A stretch of 42,953 bases of DNA, from IMG/VR virus record IMGVR_UViG_3300037308_000189, positions 1 through 42,953 of that record; one strand, 5' to 3'. The stretch's first letter is position 1, and each line of letters opens with the position of its first letter. The position numbers and the translations under genes are program-made. This document shows positions 16,061-25,815 of the stretch, piece after piece. A model generated the notes under the pieces. It saw only the letters and a list, made by a program, of their open reading frames with translations, had not been told where the DNA came from and did no database searches. Origin of the DNA: a virus. Its lineage: Duplodnaviria; Caudoviricetes.

Positions 16061-16360
16061 TCAAACAGTGATGCCGCGAATCGCCTTGATCATGAGAGCA
16101 TGGCGCTCAACGTGGCTTTCGGTACCGTCGATCTTGTCGATCAGCGTAGCCGCGATCTCGAAAATCTTGGGCAGCAGGGACTTGACAATTCCCCAGCCGA
16201 GAGCGTCAAAGTCTTCGCCAGGAAGAAGATCCTTGATGGCCTTCTCAACGGCTGCTTCGTTCTCTTCGGTATACTTCTGCGCAAATTCGAGGCCATTCAT
16301 GAGAATAAACTCAATAGCCATCAGCAAAAAGGCGGACTTAAATGACTGTAACATTGTCAC
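16061..16360 (-). CDS. Hypothetical lysis-region protein (possible holin)
   Basis: 99 aa with hydrophobic N-terminal helix; coupled to the upstream gene. Confidence 0.55.
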   Translation of the reverse strand: MTMLQSFKSAFLLMAIEFILMNGLEFAQKYTEENEAAVEKAIKDLLPGEDFDALGWGIVKSLLPKIFEIAATLIDKIDGTESHVERHALMIKAIRGITV

Positions 16361-16551
16361 CTCCGTGGTTCGTCAAAGGCACGCTTGAGATCATCCCACT
16401 CGCGCCGAAGCTTTGCAGAATCGAGAACGTGATCATTGTATTTGATCGTGGCATCCATCACTGCTTTTTTGGTTCTGGCCCTGTCCTCGGCCCCGGATAC
16501 CAGGGAATCGATCAGGATCAGAATGATTTTGAGGATCAGTTGCTCGATCAT
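16357..16551 (-). CDS. Membrane-anchored coiled-coil protein (possible i-spanin-like)
   Basis: Hydrophobic N-terminus MIEQLILKIILILIDSLV followed by a charged helix. Confidence 0.5.
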   Translation of the reverse strand: MIEQLILKIILILIDSLVSGAEDRARTKKAVMDATIKYNDHVLDSAKLRREWDDLKRAFDEPRR

Positions 16552-17207
16552 TTCGTGGCCCCCGTGTAACCGTAGGTAGTCAGCCTGTGAAGCTGTTTCT
16601 TTTCGTCCCTGAAGGCATAGATGCAGAGCCCCGGCGAGATATCAACGAACCATCGCCAGTCTGCGTCCTGCCCCGATTCTGAGCGAACCGCTGCACATCG
16701 GTCCGTCCCCCTGGCCTGAACCTTTTCCGTAAACGAAATCATCTGTACCAGCCCAGCCCGAGACTGGCAGATCGTCGCACCTTTGACGCCATCGGTTTTT
16801 GTTCCATTGCAATGGATCGTGCCCGGCAGGAACTCGTTAGAGGTCCAATCGATGAGAGCCTTGGCCGTCGATCCGGAGTCCGTAAATGCCGTTGCTGTGA
16901 TCAAGCATGTGTCCCAATTCTCAAGCCACATTGTTGGAACATAGGCCCAGGAGAACGTCGCGGCTCCTGCTGGATAGTGGAACTCCTCCCTGTGGCAGGT
17001 GGTGATCGCCAGCTCCCGCGTCTTCGGTGGTAGCTCGAATTGGATAACGGTCCGCGTAGCTCGCTGCAGGAGGCCCACGCCGACGTATCGCGTGCCGTTG
17101 GCAGAGAATGCCATCGTAGCTCGGTCCACGCTTTGTGAAGGAAAAATGGCCGCACCAGAGGCACAGCCAACAACGAGAAAGGAAATTCCAAGTGTCCATT
17201 GAATCAT
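16548..17207 (-). CDS. Cys-rich lipoprotein
   Basis: Signal with lipobox FLVVG-C; several further Cys residues; beta-rich. Confidence 0.65.
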   Translation of the reverse strand: MIQWTLGISFLVVGCASGAAIFPSQSVDRATMAFSANGTRYVGVGLLQRATRTVIQFELPPKTRELAITTCHREEFHYPAGAATFSWAYVPTMWLENWDTCLITATAFTDSGSTAKALIDWTSNEFLPGTIHCNGTKTDGVKGATICQSRAGLVQMISFTEKVQARGTDRCAAVRSESGQDADWRWFVDISPGLCIYAFRDEKKQLHRLTTYGYTGATK

Positions 17208-17215
17208 AACAGAAT

Positions 17216-17240
17216 CCCCGAAGTGTTCAAATCTTCGGGA
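17216..17240. other. Intergenic hairpin
   Basis: CCCGAAG-N9-CTTCGGG. Confidence 0.45.
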
Positions 17241-17251
17241 ATGCTACCGAA

Positions 17252-17500
17252 TCATGGGAGTTTTGTCCACCACAGGAAAACCTGCGACAGAATCCCGACA
17301 GCCGCAACGATCCAGCCCGTCCAACCAAACAGCCGCCCCTCCAGGGTGATCTGACGCTTGCGGCTGTACTCGCCTGCGAGGTAGCCAGCCCGTGCGGGAC
17401 ACTCACTCTGATTGATCTTAACCTCCTTCACCAAGTCAGAAAGTACATCAATTTTCGTCTCTATCCGTGCTACGCGCTCTCTTACCTCGCCGTCGATCAT
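17252..17500 (-). CDS. XhlA-like / holin-like membrane protein
   Basis: ERVARIETKID coiled coil plus a C-terminal TM helix. Confidence 0.55.
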   Translation of the reverse strand: MIDGEVRERVARIETKIDVLSDLVKEVKINQSECPARAGYLAGEYSRKRQITLEGRLFGWTGWIVAAVGILSQVFLWWTKLP

Positions 17501-17724
17501 TTCTTCTTTTCCTCCTTGGGATTGTTCAAGCTCTGCACATATTCGCTAGACTCTTGCTGTATTCTCGCAATGAGTTGTGCTGATTCTGCGTATGGTTTTT
17601 GGCTGAGATATTGCAACACAGCGTTGACGGTTTCAGTTTTTAGCATGAGCTTTTCGGGTACTTTTTGGTCCTGCGCGATTGCAGCGAATGAGATAAGTGA
17701 CAATGCGATGAGAATCTTTTTCAT
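17497..17724 (-). CDS. Small secreted protein
   Basis: Sec signal MKKILIALSLISFAAIA|Q; VNAVLQYL..KPY.E...LI motif. Confidence 0.65.
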   Translation of the reverse strand: MKKILIALSLISFAAIAQDQKVPEKLMLKTETVNAVLQYLSQKPYAESAQLIARIQQESSEYVQSLNNPKEEKKK

Positions 17725-18110
17725 TTACAGAACTCCTTGCGTTTTGTGATAAACTCGAAAAGTGCCTGCGTCAGTTCTTTTTCTGTCGTAATTGTCGTTG
17801 GCTTTGTACCGCCATTCTTGTACCAGACGATGGTTCCGTCATTGTTGATTTCTAGGATTTTCTTAGGTCCGTCTCGAAGTATGATATAGTTGCTATTCAC
17901 ACCTTCATTTGTTATTTTCACGCCGTTTACGTATTGATTTGACGACCCGGTGACAGAAAATGTAATTGAGTTGACGGGCGCTTGAATTGGCTCTTCACCA
18001 GCAAAACCCGGCACAGACAGAATAAACAGTAAGAGAAAGGGTGTCGATAGCTTCACTAGACTACTCCTCAATTGGCTTAGGCGTGTCAGAGGTAAACTCC
18101 AACCCTTCAC
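17721..18110 (-). CDS. Putative secreted protein (true start probably near 18056)
   Basis: Signal-like PFLLLFILSVPGFA|GEE; ATGA coupling to the downstream gene. Confidence 0.55.
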   Translation of the reverse strand: MKGWSLPLTRLSQLRSSLVKLSTPFLLLFILSVPGFAGEEPIQAPVNSITFSVTGSSNQYVNGVKITNEGVNSNYIILRDGPKKILEINNDGTIVWYKNGGTKPTTITTEKELTQALFEFITKRKEFCK

Positions 18111-18477
18111 TCATTTTCTGTTGTTCCATGTACGCAATCAAAGTTGAAGCCTTATCAACTGCCGAATGGAGCGCGTATTTTGCACCAATCTTATTGTTGT
18201 ATTTTGATGCATCTATAACTCCTGACTCTCCGCGAACATCGAAACCATTCGCAAGTATCAGTACACATATCATTGACTTCGGAGACACACGAACGAAATA
18301 GCAAGTATGGCAATATCGACGAACAAATGGTGTCATTTCTTCTTGCACATATTCATCGTAGTCGCTCAAATCCCAGGTCGGAAGCATAACAGGAACGGGC
18401 AGTATGTCGCCTTTGTCGTACCACCCTTCAGTAGCAATGCTGCAATGTCTCGGCCTTTGATTCTCTTCTTCTAGCAT
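18061..18477 (-). CDS. N4 Gp49/Sf6 gp66-like protein (possible nucleotide-signal sponge)
   Basis: ICVLILANGFDVRGESGVIDASKYNNKIGAKYA matches my recollection of the Phage_gp49_66 pattern; GGAGG RBS. Confidence 0.65.
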   Translation of the reverse strand: MLEEENQRPRHCSIATEGWYDKGDILPVPVMLPTWDLSDYDEYVQEEMTPFVRRYCHTCYFVRVSPKSMICVLILANGFDVRGESGVIDASKYNNKIGAKYALHSAVDKASTLIAYMEQQKMSEGLEFTSDTPKPIEE

Positions 18478-18513
18478 AAAAACCTCCGCTTTTCCCGGCA
18501 CTATTGCCGGATT

Positions 18514-18545
18514 GACAGCTTAGCATATGGATTGCTAGCTGTCTA
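18514..18545 (-). promoter_or_regulatory. Promoter overlapped by a palindromic operator or hairpin
   Basis: GACAGC-TTAGCA...TGCTA-GCTGTC inverted repeat. Minus strand reads TAGACA-17 nt-TAAGCT. Confidence 0.45.
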
Positions 18546-18641
18546 ATTAAACACAACCACCCCCGATAAGAACAACGCACAGGAGGAGCATGGCTGGGTT
18601 GGAGGATAGACCTGAGATTAGTGCTATGCCGAGTTCGTTCA

Positions 18642-19988
18642 TTATAGTATCCTCAATACTGAGTATTTAACTGTTTGTGTAGTGGCGCCATTAGTTACAG
18701 TAATTTTCCCAGTACCGCTTGTCCCGAGGGTTAGTGTAGCAGAAGCAAGTGTGGTGACAGTAACTCCATTGCTATTATTAGCGTATGCGTATCCCTGTGC
18801 ATATTGTGTACTGTTTGAGTTGCCCATAACATGGACTAGATACACACCTGTCGCTACAGTCGTTGCTATATCTGCTGCGGCACCTGAACCAAGCGAGGCG
18901 GTGTCACCGCTTGTGGTGTTTACCCTCGTAGCAGTCACCGGCTGGCTGAGGGTGATGGCGGTGTTCGCTAAACTCATCACTTTAGTAATACTTGCGCCAT
19001 TTGCATAAGTATAAAAGTCAAGCCCATCGTCACCATTTGCCTCAATAACTCCACCCGGAGAGCCATTAAATTGCCACTGTATTGCTGCACCTGCATCTGT
19101 ACGATTGAGTTTAAGAGCATTTTCGGCTGTAACATTAACTGTCACGTCGTTGTTGAATGTAGCGGCTGAACTAAACGTCTGCGCCCCACTCCACGTCACC
19201 GCGCCTGAGATTGTCTGGGCTGCGAAGCCTCCGGTGAAGGTGACTGCTTTATTAAATAATACATTACTCAAATCACCAATCTGAGCTATAACAGTGTCAC
19301 TGTTTCCGCCGTATATAATAACGTCTCTTGCTGTGCCGCCACGGGTTTCTAAAACTAAATGGCCGCCTTGATTGAATATTCCAGAACCACCTACACTAGT
19401 CCCATATATAGAACTGTTATTGGTGTTATTCCACCTTGCTGTGCGGGAATTGAATGTCAACCCAACTAAACCACCCGAGAATGTCTGACCGTCACTCCAT
19501 GTTAAAGTTCCGCCAATGGTAGACACGCCAATATCAATACCACTCGCTTGCAATTTTAAAAGATTTGATGAAGTCCCAGGCTGATAAAATTGAACAACTG
19601 TTCCTGTGGTAGCAGAGCGCCCAAATCTCACCGTGTCCGTTACAATATCGACATCATAATCATATGTGCCGCCGTCAAACAAGAGATTTATCCCATCTCC
19701 CAATACAGTGACACCGCCTGAAAATGACTTTATTCCAGTGAAAGTCTGTGCCCCCTCCAACAGCGCAAACGTGCCTGTCGCAGCAATATCGGGAATAGTA
19801 TACGTTCTAGCCGCAGCCGTTGAGCCAGCCACAGTTAAATTAGCGCCAAACTTCAGACCAGCAGTTGGGAAAGTTATCGTGTTCTTGAACTCTGAATTTC
19901 CCCGCATCTCATCAGGAAGCGTCCAGTAGCTACCTGCGCTCGCTACCTGTGACAGTAGCAGAAGTAACGCTATAAATACTCGTATCAT
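18642..19988 (-). CDS. Tail-fibre-like beta-repeat protein with an apparent signal peptide
   Basis: Gly/Thr/Ser-rich with repeats GAQTFTG, WSDGQTFSGG, WSGAQTFS. N-terminus MIRVFIALLLLLSQVASA; GAGGAGG RBS. Confidence 0.7.
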   Translation of the reverse strand: MIRVFIALLLLLSQVASAGSYWTLPDEMRGNSEFKNTITFPTAGLKFGANLTVAGSTAAARTYTIPDIAATGTFALLEGAQTFTGIKSFSGGVTVLGDGINLLFDGGTYDYDVDIVTDTVRFGRSATTGTVVQFYQPGTSSNLLKLQASGIDIGVSTIGGTLTWSDGQTFSGGLVGLTFNSRTARWNNTNNSSIYGTSVGGSGIFNQGGHLVLETRGGTARDVIIYGGNSDTVIAQIGDLSNVLFNKAVTFTGGFAAQTISGAVTWSGAQTFSSAATFNNDVTVNVTAENALKLNRTDAGAAIQWQFNGSPGGVIEANGDDGLDFYTYANGASITKVMSLANTAITLSQPVTATRVNTTSGDTASLGSGAAADIATTVATGVYLVHVMGNSNSTQYAQGYAYANNSNGVTVTTLASATLTLGTSGTGKITVTNGATTQTVKYSVLRIL

Positions 19989-19999
19989 TCTATGCCTCC

Positions 20000-21688
20000 T
20001 CAAAAATAACTGAAGTTTGCAGTTCCTTGCCAAACTATTGTATGTGCCGCTTCACCTGTAACTCTGACTCTAAATGTGGTTCCACTTGCATCAGCAATTG
20101 CAGCCCATGCAGTCGCGCCAGCGTCCTCATAACCAGACTCATTATGCTTAGCTACTGTTAGAGTGCCAGCAACATTCTTTACAAAATATCGTAGCGTCCA
20201 AGTCCTAGCGTTTCCATTAACGGGAGCTGACTCAAAAGCAGCCACCTTGATTTCAACTTCGCAAGCTACATCATTAGGACAAGCAATGCTCATGAGAGTA
20301 GTAACAGTTGCATCAGTAGTCTGCACCCGTCCTGATAGTCCTCCATCACCAATCATATTCCAGTAGCCGGAAGCATGGTCAGTGTAAAATATTCCTGAAG
20401 TGTGCAAGGTATTACAATAGAACATCTTGTTGTCTACCTTGACTATGTTACCGATTCTATAGTCCTGTCCCGTAGCCCATGCACCAACATATCCAAACGC
20501 TGCATAGCGTTCATTCACGAGGTTCTGCGTGACTTCCACACCACTATTCAGTCCACCAACCGAAGCACTCGTAATGGCAACATTGGAGTCAAGTATTGCT
20601 GGCAACACAAACGAGCCACTCGACGCGCCCGTTCTAGTACGAGTTATCGCTTGCTCACCTTCAATTCTCAGCCTGTAATCGTTGTTTGTGAACGTAGTCC
20701 TGTAGTGCATAACCAGCTTGCGAACTATGCAAATTTCTGCGCTTGGTAGTGGACTCAGCAACAAAGTAGCAGAGCCGTATGGGTCTTCTGCCAATGCCTG
20801 ATCTCTTGCAGTAGTTCTTGCAGCAGTAGTAGGATTAGTCGGTGCGTATCTCTGTTGACCGAGAAACCATTGATACCTGAATGTCTGACTTGTCGCATCA
20901 TCCGTCACAGGGACCGCAGCCAAGTACACACAGAAGTAGTCATCATCAGTCAGGCCGACAAGTGAATCACCACCACTTGAAGGATTGTATTGAGGCACGT
21001 TTCCTACATGGATAAATGGTGCAGCCTGCTGATACCCCGTCGTCCAATCCCATTTTACAGAGGTATGGAGTTTTGCGAATACATTATAAGGCCCGCCATT
21101 TGCAAGGAATGTTAACGGTGTATCAAAATCCTCATCTCTTACTGTCGTTCCAGCAACCCCTGGTGTAATGCTTGCAAGTGTTGGATTGTCAGCATCACCA
21201 GGATTGTAAACCGTGTATGAGCCAGCAGTTAAACTGCCGCCAGAAATCAGGAATGTACCAACAGTAAAATGCTGCGAATAATGAGTTTCATAATCCATCA
21301 CAATCCCATGGCATTCTCGTAAACCATATCCCTTTGGCGATTGTGTAGGGTCATATATTGCAAGAGCAGCTTGTGGAAGAGTAAAGTCAAATCCTGTGTT
21401 ACTCACTACCAACGTGCCAGTAATATCAAATTGAAAGAAATATGTACCAGCAGCAACATCATGTGCAAGAGTAATTGGTGCAGAGTATTTGTACAGAGTG
21501 CCCATATCGTACACATCTTCTGTACCAGTAGGGGTAAGGGTCATCTCTTGCGTAGTTGAGTCGTACTCAATGGCCCAATTGTTTCCGTTTTTGAAGCCTG
21601 TAGGCTCACCTGTCGCAATGCCCATTTCTTTTGGAACATTCTGTACAGGCCCTAGTTTTCCAGTGAATGGATTAAATCTAAATGACAT
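20000..21688 (-). CDS. Tail fibre / receptor-binding protein
   Basis: N-terminal MSFRFNPFTG; CBM5/12-like AWATGQDYRIGNIV....FYC..HTSG; beta-rich C-terminus. Confidence 0.7.
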   Translation of the reverse strand: MSFRFNPFTGKLGPVQNVPKEMGIATGEPTGFKNGNNWAIEYDSTTQEMTLTPTGTEDVYDMGTLYKYSAPITLAHDVAAGTYFFQFDITGTLVVSNTGFDFTLPQAALAIYDPTQSPKGYGLRECHGIVMDYETHYSQHFTVGTFLISGGSLTAGSYTVYNPGDADNPTLASITPGVAGTTVRDEDFDTPLTFLANGGPYNVFAKLHTSVKWDWTTGYQQAAPFIHVGNVPQYNPSSGGDSLVGLTDDDYFCVYLAAVPVTDDATSQTFRYQWFLGQQRYAPTNPTTAARTTARDQALAEDPYGSATLLLSPLPSAEICIVRKLVMHYRTTFTNNDYRLRIEGEQAITRTRTGASSGSFVLPAILDSNVAITSASVGGLNSGVEVTQNLVNERYAAFGYVGAWATGQDYRIGNIVKVDNKMFYCNTLHTSGIFYTDHASGYWNMIGDGGLSGRVQTTDATVTTLMSIACPNDVACEVEIKVAAFESAPVNGNARTWTLRYFVKNVAGTLTVAKHNESGYEDAGATAWAAIADASGTTFRVRVTGEAAHTIVWQGTANFSYF

Positions 21689-21690
21689 AG

Positions 21691-22251
21691 TTATGTCCTC
21701 ACTACTGAGGTCATGGCGATTTTGGAGGCGTCGGAGTAGTCCACTGTGACCGTGCATAGTGCCACGGTCTTGGCAGCGTCACGAAAGAAGCTGTAGGTTT
21801 CCTGGGTGGCACTCGGGTACGCAATTGTGAGCCCTAGCCACGTCTCAGGCACTAAGCCAGCTACCTCAAAGTGCCCACCAGGAGAGCCCGAGGAAGGCTG
21901 ATACTTGCCCGTGTGGTCCTTGAGCCACAAGGCACTGTCGAGAGCCCTGGCATCGTCTGCTGCAGCCTTCTCCAGCAGCGTGCCTGTGAATCCCGCAGCC
22001 ACGCCTGTGCCTTTGACGGCTGGGAGGATGTCATAGCCTCCGATCATGGCTGCAGTTCTGGACGCTGTCGCTGTGGTGCCGAAGTCGAGTACAGAGCTGG
22101 CAGCAATGGAAATTGCCCCAGATACCGGGTCAACTGATACTGGATAGATGTTATTGTCTGCCACGCCTTTTCCAGCCATCAAGGCAACCTGTGCGTGGTA
22201 GTATTGGCTTCCTGCTGTCTTGCCGAATTGCTGAATAGTTGGCGTTGGCAT
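21691..22251 (-). CDS. Tail-associated structural protein
   Basis: AGGAG RBS; C-terminal ETYSF...TVTVDYSD..K...SVVRT; directly precedes the fibre gene. Confidence 0.6.
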   Translation of the reverse strand: MPTPTIQQFGKTAGSQYYHAQVALMAGKGVADNNIYPVSVDPVSGAISIAASSVLDFGTTATASRTAAMIGGYDILPAVKGTGVAAGFTGTLLEKAAADDARALDSALWLKDHTGKYQPSSGSPGGHFEVAGLVPETWLGLTIAYPSATQETYSFFRDAAKTVALCTVTVDYSDASKIAMTSVVRT

Positions 22252-22264
22252 TGGTTATCTCCTT

Positions 22265-22753
22265 TTAGAATCCGGCAATGGGGAACTTGTAGAATCCACC
22301 GTCAGCACTCACCACAAGGCGACATGTATCGGGAGGAACAGCCGGAGCCGAGGTATAAAAGCGAGCCGCAAGGCCACGCTCAAATCGGATCGGGATCGAT
22401 ACAAGGCTCTTGGCCCCACCGGCTGCACCGATGATTGCCTGCTCCCAGATGAGCCGACCGCGCCCTGCTGCGATTTCAGCCGTGACGAATGCGTCAGTCA
22501 TCGAGTCAGCCGTGTCCACGTTGTTGGCAGCACCCTCGATGAGGCCGGAGATGTCATAGAGCTGAACGATGCCGCCCACGAGGCTGTCCGTGTATGCTTG
22601 GCAGTGAAACAGCATCCCACTCGTCGGCTTCCGCCTCTCCGTCCCACATGTGAGCGCGCCAGTGCCAGCCGTGCAGCTCGCTGGATAGAGCTGTGTAACC
22701 ACTCCAGCCGCACCAACATCAGTCAAAGTTTGTACCCATGTCGTTGAACTCAT
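22265..22753 (-). CDS. Putative virion structural protein
   Basis: 162 aa, beta-rich, ends with PIRFERGL-type motif. Confidence 0.6.
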   Translation of the reverse strand: MSSTTWVQTLTDVGAAGVVTQLYPASCTAGTGALTCGTERRKPTSGMLFHCQAYTDSLVGGIVQLYDISGLIEGAANNVDTADSMTDAFVTAEIAAGRGRLIWEQAIIGAAGGAKSLVSIPIRFERGLAARFYTSAPAVPPDTCRLVVSADGGFYKFPIAGF

Positions 22754-22755
22754 CC

Positions 22756-22995
22756 TTAATACTCCTCTGTGTGTGTGCCTATGCGAGCCATTTGCAGGAG
22801 TGGCCGCATTTCGGGGTCTGCCGCGAGCAACTGCCGTGCTATTTTTGAGGCTTTTGGCCTTTTGATCCCAAGGGTCAGAAGCTGCCGTTCCTGTTGCCGG
22901 TTATCCATAGCTTGCAGGGGAGAAACGCCCTCCACTGCCTGCATTTTCTGCCTTTCGGCCTCTTCTAGCTCAGCTAATATCTGAGTGATCTGCAT
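22756..22995 (-). CDS. Hypothetical protein
   Basis: 79 aa with GAGGT RBS. Confidence 0.55.
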   Translation of the reverse strand: MQITQILAELEEAERQKMQAVEGVSPLQAMDNRQQERQLLTLGIKRPKASKIARQLLAADPEMRPLLQMARIGTHTEEY

Positions 22996-23308
22996 AGAAA
23001 TACCTCACAGCTTCCTCTTGGTCCTGGTTGCGGAAATTTGGCCCATATTGTGATCTGTTCCTGTTCTTCGCCAGCATCTTTTTGATCGCCGGGGTGTGAT
23101 CTTCGAGCTTAACTCGATGACCGCCCCCCTTGGGCTTGAGCTTTGCCCCAGGATCCCCCGGCAGTTTTGCCGCTCCCGCTTCCTGGGGTCGTGCCCAGAG
23201 CGGGATGTCGAGATCTTCCTGTTCCGCGAGCCATTGAGGTGCGGCCAGTTGCTCATCGAGAGCCCTGGCATCGCGCAACGGCATGTCCATCAGCTCCTCG
23301 AAACTCAT
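22970..23308 (-). CDS. Hypothetical protein
   Basis: 112 aa with ATGA overlap to the portal stop. Confidence 0.6.
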   Translation of the reverse strand: MSFEELMDMPLRDARALDEQLAAPQWLAEQEDLDIPLWARPQEAGAAKLPGDPGAKLKPKGGGHRVKLEDHTPAIKKMLAKNRNRSQYGPNFRNQDQEEAVRYFYADHSDIS

Positions 23309-25815
23309 ACCTGCCCCCTACCTGTGGGAGTGTTCTGTGCAGCCGTTCCTAAACTTGTCTGTGGTGGCCCTCCAGAGCCAATCGGGGCCGGTTGTTTCGC
23401 CCCTCCAGGAGCTTTCGGCCCTTGCTGTTGCTGTGGAGCTTGTCCCGCAGGAGGCTGGCCCTGTGGCTGTGGTTGCCCCTGCCCCTGCCCCTGCCCCTGC
23501 CCCGGTGGAGTGCCGGCCACTTGTTGCGCCTTCTGCTGATCCATCGCCTGCTTTTCCATCACCACGCCTTGCCTGATCGGATTGGATCTCGCGTACTGCG
23601 CCATCTGAGGCACGATCTGCGTCGTCCCCGGAGGCACCTCACCCGCAAGCTCCCTCTTCTGGATCCTGTGCTGCTCGATGTGGAGGAGGCACGACTCCAT
23701 CAGCCACGGGCTCTGCCCCAACTCGTAGTCGTTTTTGATCATCCACTCACCGTGCGCGTCCATGTGGATGTCATGGTCGTCCTGCGCCCACACGAGCGGG
23801 AGAGAATCGGCCTTGCCCGTAGGACCGATAGCCAAGACGTCGGCAAAAACCTCGTTTTCCCGCTGTGCCCTATCCCGGTGAGCTGCCGATCTGTCGCGCA
23901 GTGACTCTGCGCCAAAGTATTTCAGGAACTTGTCCATGACATTTGGATCGTTCTGCAGCCTGACTCCTAGCGGAGTTTTCGAGTTCAATTCGATCAAATT
24001 GGCCTGGGTCGTCGCCTTCGATTTCAGCTCCATTGAGCCCTCGGTTACGGAGATATCCACCCCGTAGTCAAGAGGCTGCGAGATAAACGATATCGCGTCC
24101 TGGATGCTGAATTTTCCGGCTGAATTTTTCTTGAGATATCCAATAACGTCATCACCAAGTCGGATGCAATTTGACTTCATGCACGAAAGAACCTTTTCAC
24201 CGATTCCGCCGACGAATCGCTCGAACTCTTTGCGTGCCGGGGTCAGCCTGCGCTCCTCGCGCTCCTGCGCCTGCCGGTATGCGTAGCCGGAGGACACGCC
24301 CTGTGTGCGTTGCCCCCGCAGTGCATCGCCAGCCCCGGAAACCTCGTAGACGTCTCCCTTTGTTTCCTCGCGAATAGCACCAATAGCAGCCGGGATCGGG
24401 GTCTGATCGTGGAGCCACCGCGCCACCGTGCTCGGGTCTGATACCTCATGGATTTCGCCAGGAGTGCCGGAGAGCTTCGCAGGGTCCAATCCCCCGCCTG
24501 CCTTCACCAGCAGGTGAGAGCCGAAATTCCGCAGGAGCGACGTAGCAATCAAACTGTCTGTAGTGTTCAGTTGCTTGTTTTTCGCCACCACATCATGCAG
24601 AGGCCCTACCGCCATGTTGCTCGGAAGAATTGAAAACCATTGTGCTTCCACGAACGGATGCCAGCCGCCCATCTTGTTCGTGCGGTACTGTGGCTTGCAG
24701 ATGTGCGTGCAGTGTCCGTTCGCTACAACAACTTTTCGGCCCTGTGGCCAGTCTTCACACGGTCGGTCGTAGTGCTCGATTACCATGATCTTCCTGCGGA
24801 GGTATTCCGTAAACGAATATCCGGATTGTCTCCAGTAGTCGTCTGATATAGGACTGATCATGTTGAGCCGCAAGAACTGCATCGTTGCAAAATGCGCAAT
24901 GACTTGATTCATGTTTTGCGGAATCACCTTGGAAAAATGCTTAGTTTTCCCCTCGGCCTCGCCGTAGTCCCGGATCCAGTCGTCGAAATCAACGAGCTTG
25001 AATCGCTGCACGTACTTGCTGTTGTGCATTCCGGAGCTGCCCGGTTGTCGCCTGTACTCAAACGGGGTCAGGAACGAGATCTTGACTCGCCCGAGGTGGA
25101 CATCTCGCATTTGCGGCATGCCGTCGTCGTCGTGAAGGATCTTCCACTGCTCCGATTGTGTAGGCTGGCCATCCGATCCTAATGCAGGCATAACGCCGTC
25201 CAGGAGGCCACCAAGAATTGGTTCAGGCTTGAGCCCGGATCGGTAGTTCTGGCCTGGTCCTTTCTGGTAAGCCGGTATTTGTATGACTTCACCCGTGGTG
25301 TGGTCCCATTCCACGCAGGCCGCAATCTGCCCGTAGGTTACGAAGCTGTTCGCAGCCATGCGCAAGTCATGATGCAATTCTGTGATTTTCACCTGAGCGT
25401 CAAGCAATGACTGCGAGATTTTCTCCCATCGTGAGCTTGTGCTGCAGGAGTCATTCGTTGCCTTGGCTTCCCATTCCGGGGTGTTAGAATACAGAAGACT
25501 CCCAAGGGATTCCGCGCAGACTTTGGTGATATTTGTGTGTGAGCGTTGGTTAATGGCTCGACTCGTTGGCCGCATGAAATCCGTATCAACGGCAACACCA
25601 AACTTTCGTGACCATTTCAGGTGGTGGTTTCCGTATACGAATTGCATGTTTTCATACCATTTATAGGACCATTGCTTGATAAATGGCTCCTGGTCTTGCA
25701 CAAGTCCGAAGACAGCTTGTGCAATCTTCTCCGGGTCTTCCTGACACCATGGAGAATTGGGGCAATGCTCAGCGAGCATTTTTTTAGTCATCTTATCCAT
25801 GTGACTCATCCTCAT
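23305..25815 (-). CDS. Portal protein (P22/podovirus-like, long C-terminal extension)
   Basis: 836 aa. W..NMQFVYGNH, PEWEA, WHPFV, KQLN, EVSGAGDALRG...SSG.A motifs in portal order; Q/P/G-rich tail. Confidence 0.8.
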   Translation of the reverse strand: MRMSHMDKMTKKMLAEHCPNSPWCQEDPEKIAQAVFGLVQDQEPFIKQWSYKWYENMQFVYGNHHLKWSRKFGVAVDTDFMRPTSRAINQRSHTNITKVCAESLGSLLYSNTPEWEAKATNDSCSTSSRWEKISQSLLDAQVKITELHHDLRMAANSFVTYGQIAACVEWDHTTGEVIQIPAYQKGPGQNYRSGLKPEPILGGLLDGVMPALGSDGQPTQSEQWKILHDDDGMPQMRDVHLGRVKISFLTPFEYRRQPGSSGMHNSKYVQRFKLVDFDDWIRDYGEAEGKTKHFSKVIPQNMNQVIAHFATMQFLRLNMISPISDDYWRQSGYSFTEYLRRKIMVIEHYDRPCEDWPQGRKVVVANGHCTHICKPQYRTNKMGGWHPFVEAQWFSILPSNMAVGPLHDVVAKNKQLNTTDSLIATSLLRNFGSHLLVKAGGGLDPAKLSGTPGEIHEVSDPSTVARWLHDQTPIPAAIGAIREETKGDVYEVSGAGDALRGQRTQGVSSGYAYRQAQEREERRLTPARKEFERFVGGIGEKVLSCMKSNCIRLGDDVIGYLKKNSAGKFSIQDAISFISQPLDYGVDISVTEGSMELKSKATTQANLIELNSKTPLGVRLQNDPNVMDKFLKYFGAESLRDRSAAHRDRAQRENEVFADVLAIGPTGKADSLPLVWAQDDHDIHMDAHGEWMIKNDYELGQSPWLMESCLLHIEQHRIQKRELAGEVPPGTTQIVPQMAQYARSNPIRQGVVMEKQAMDQQKAQQVAGTPPGQGQGQGQGQPQPQGQPPAGQAPQQQQGPKAPGGAKQPAPIGSGGPPQTSLGTAAQNTPTGRGQV
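23474..23502. repeat. 6-bp tandem repeat (GCCCCT)x4 encoding (GQ)n in the portal tail
   Basis: ttgcccctgcccctgcccctgcccctgcc. Confidence 0.8.
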
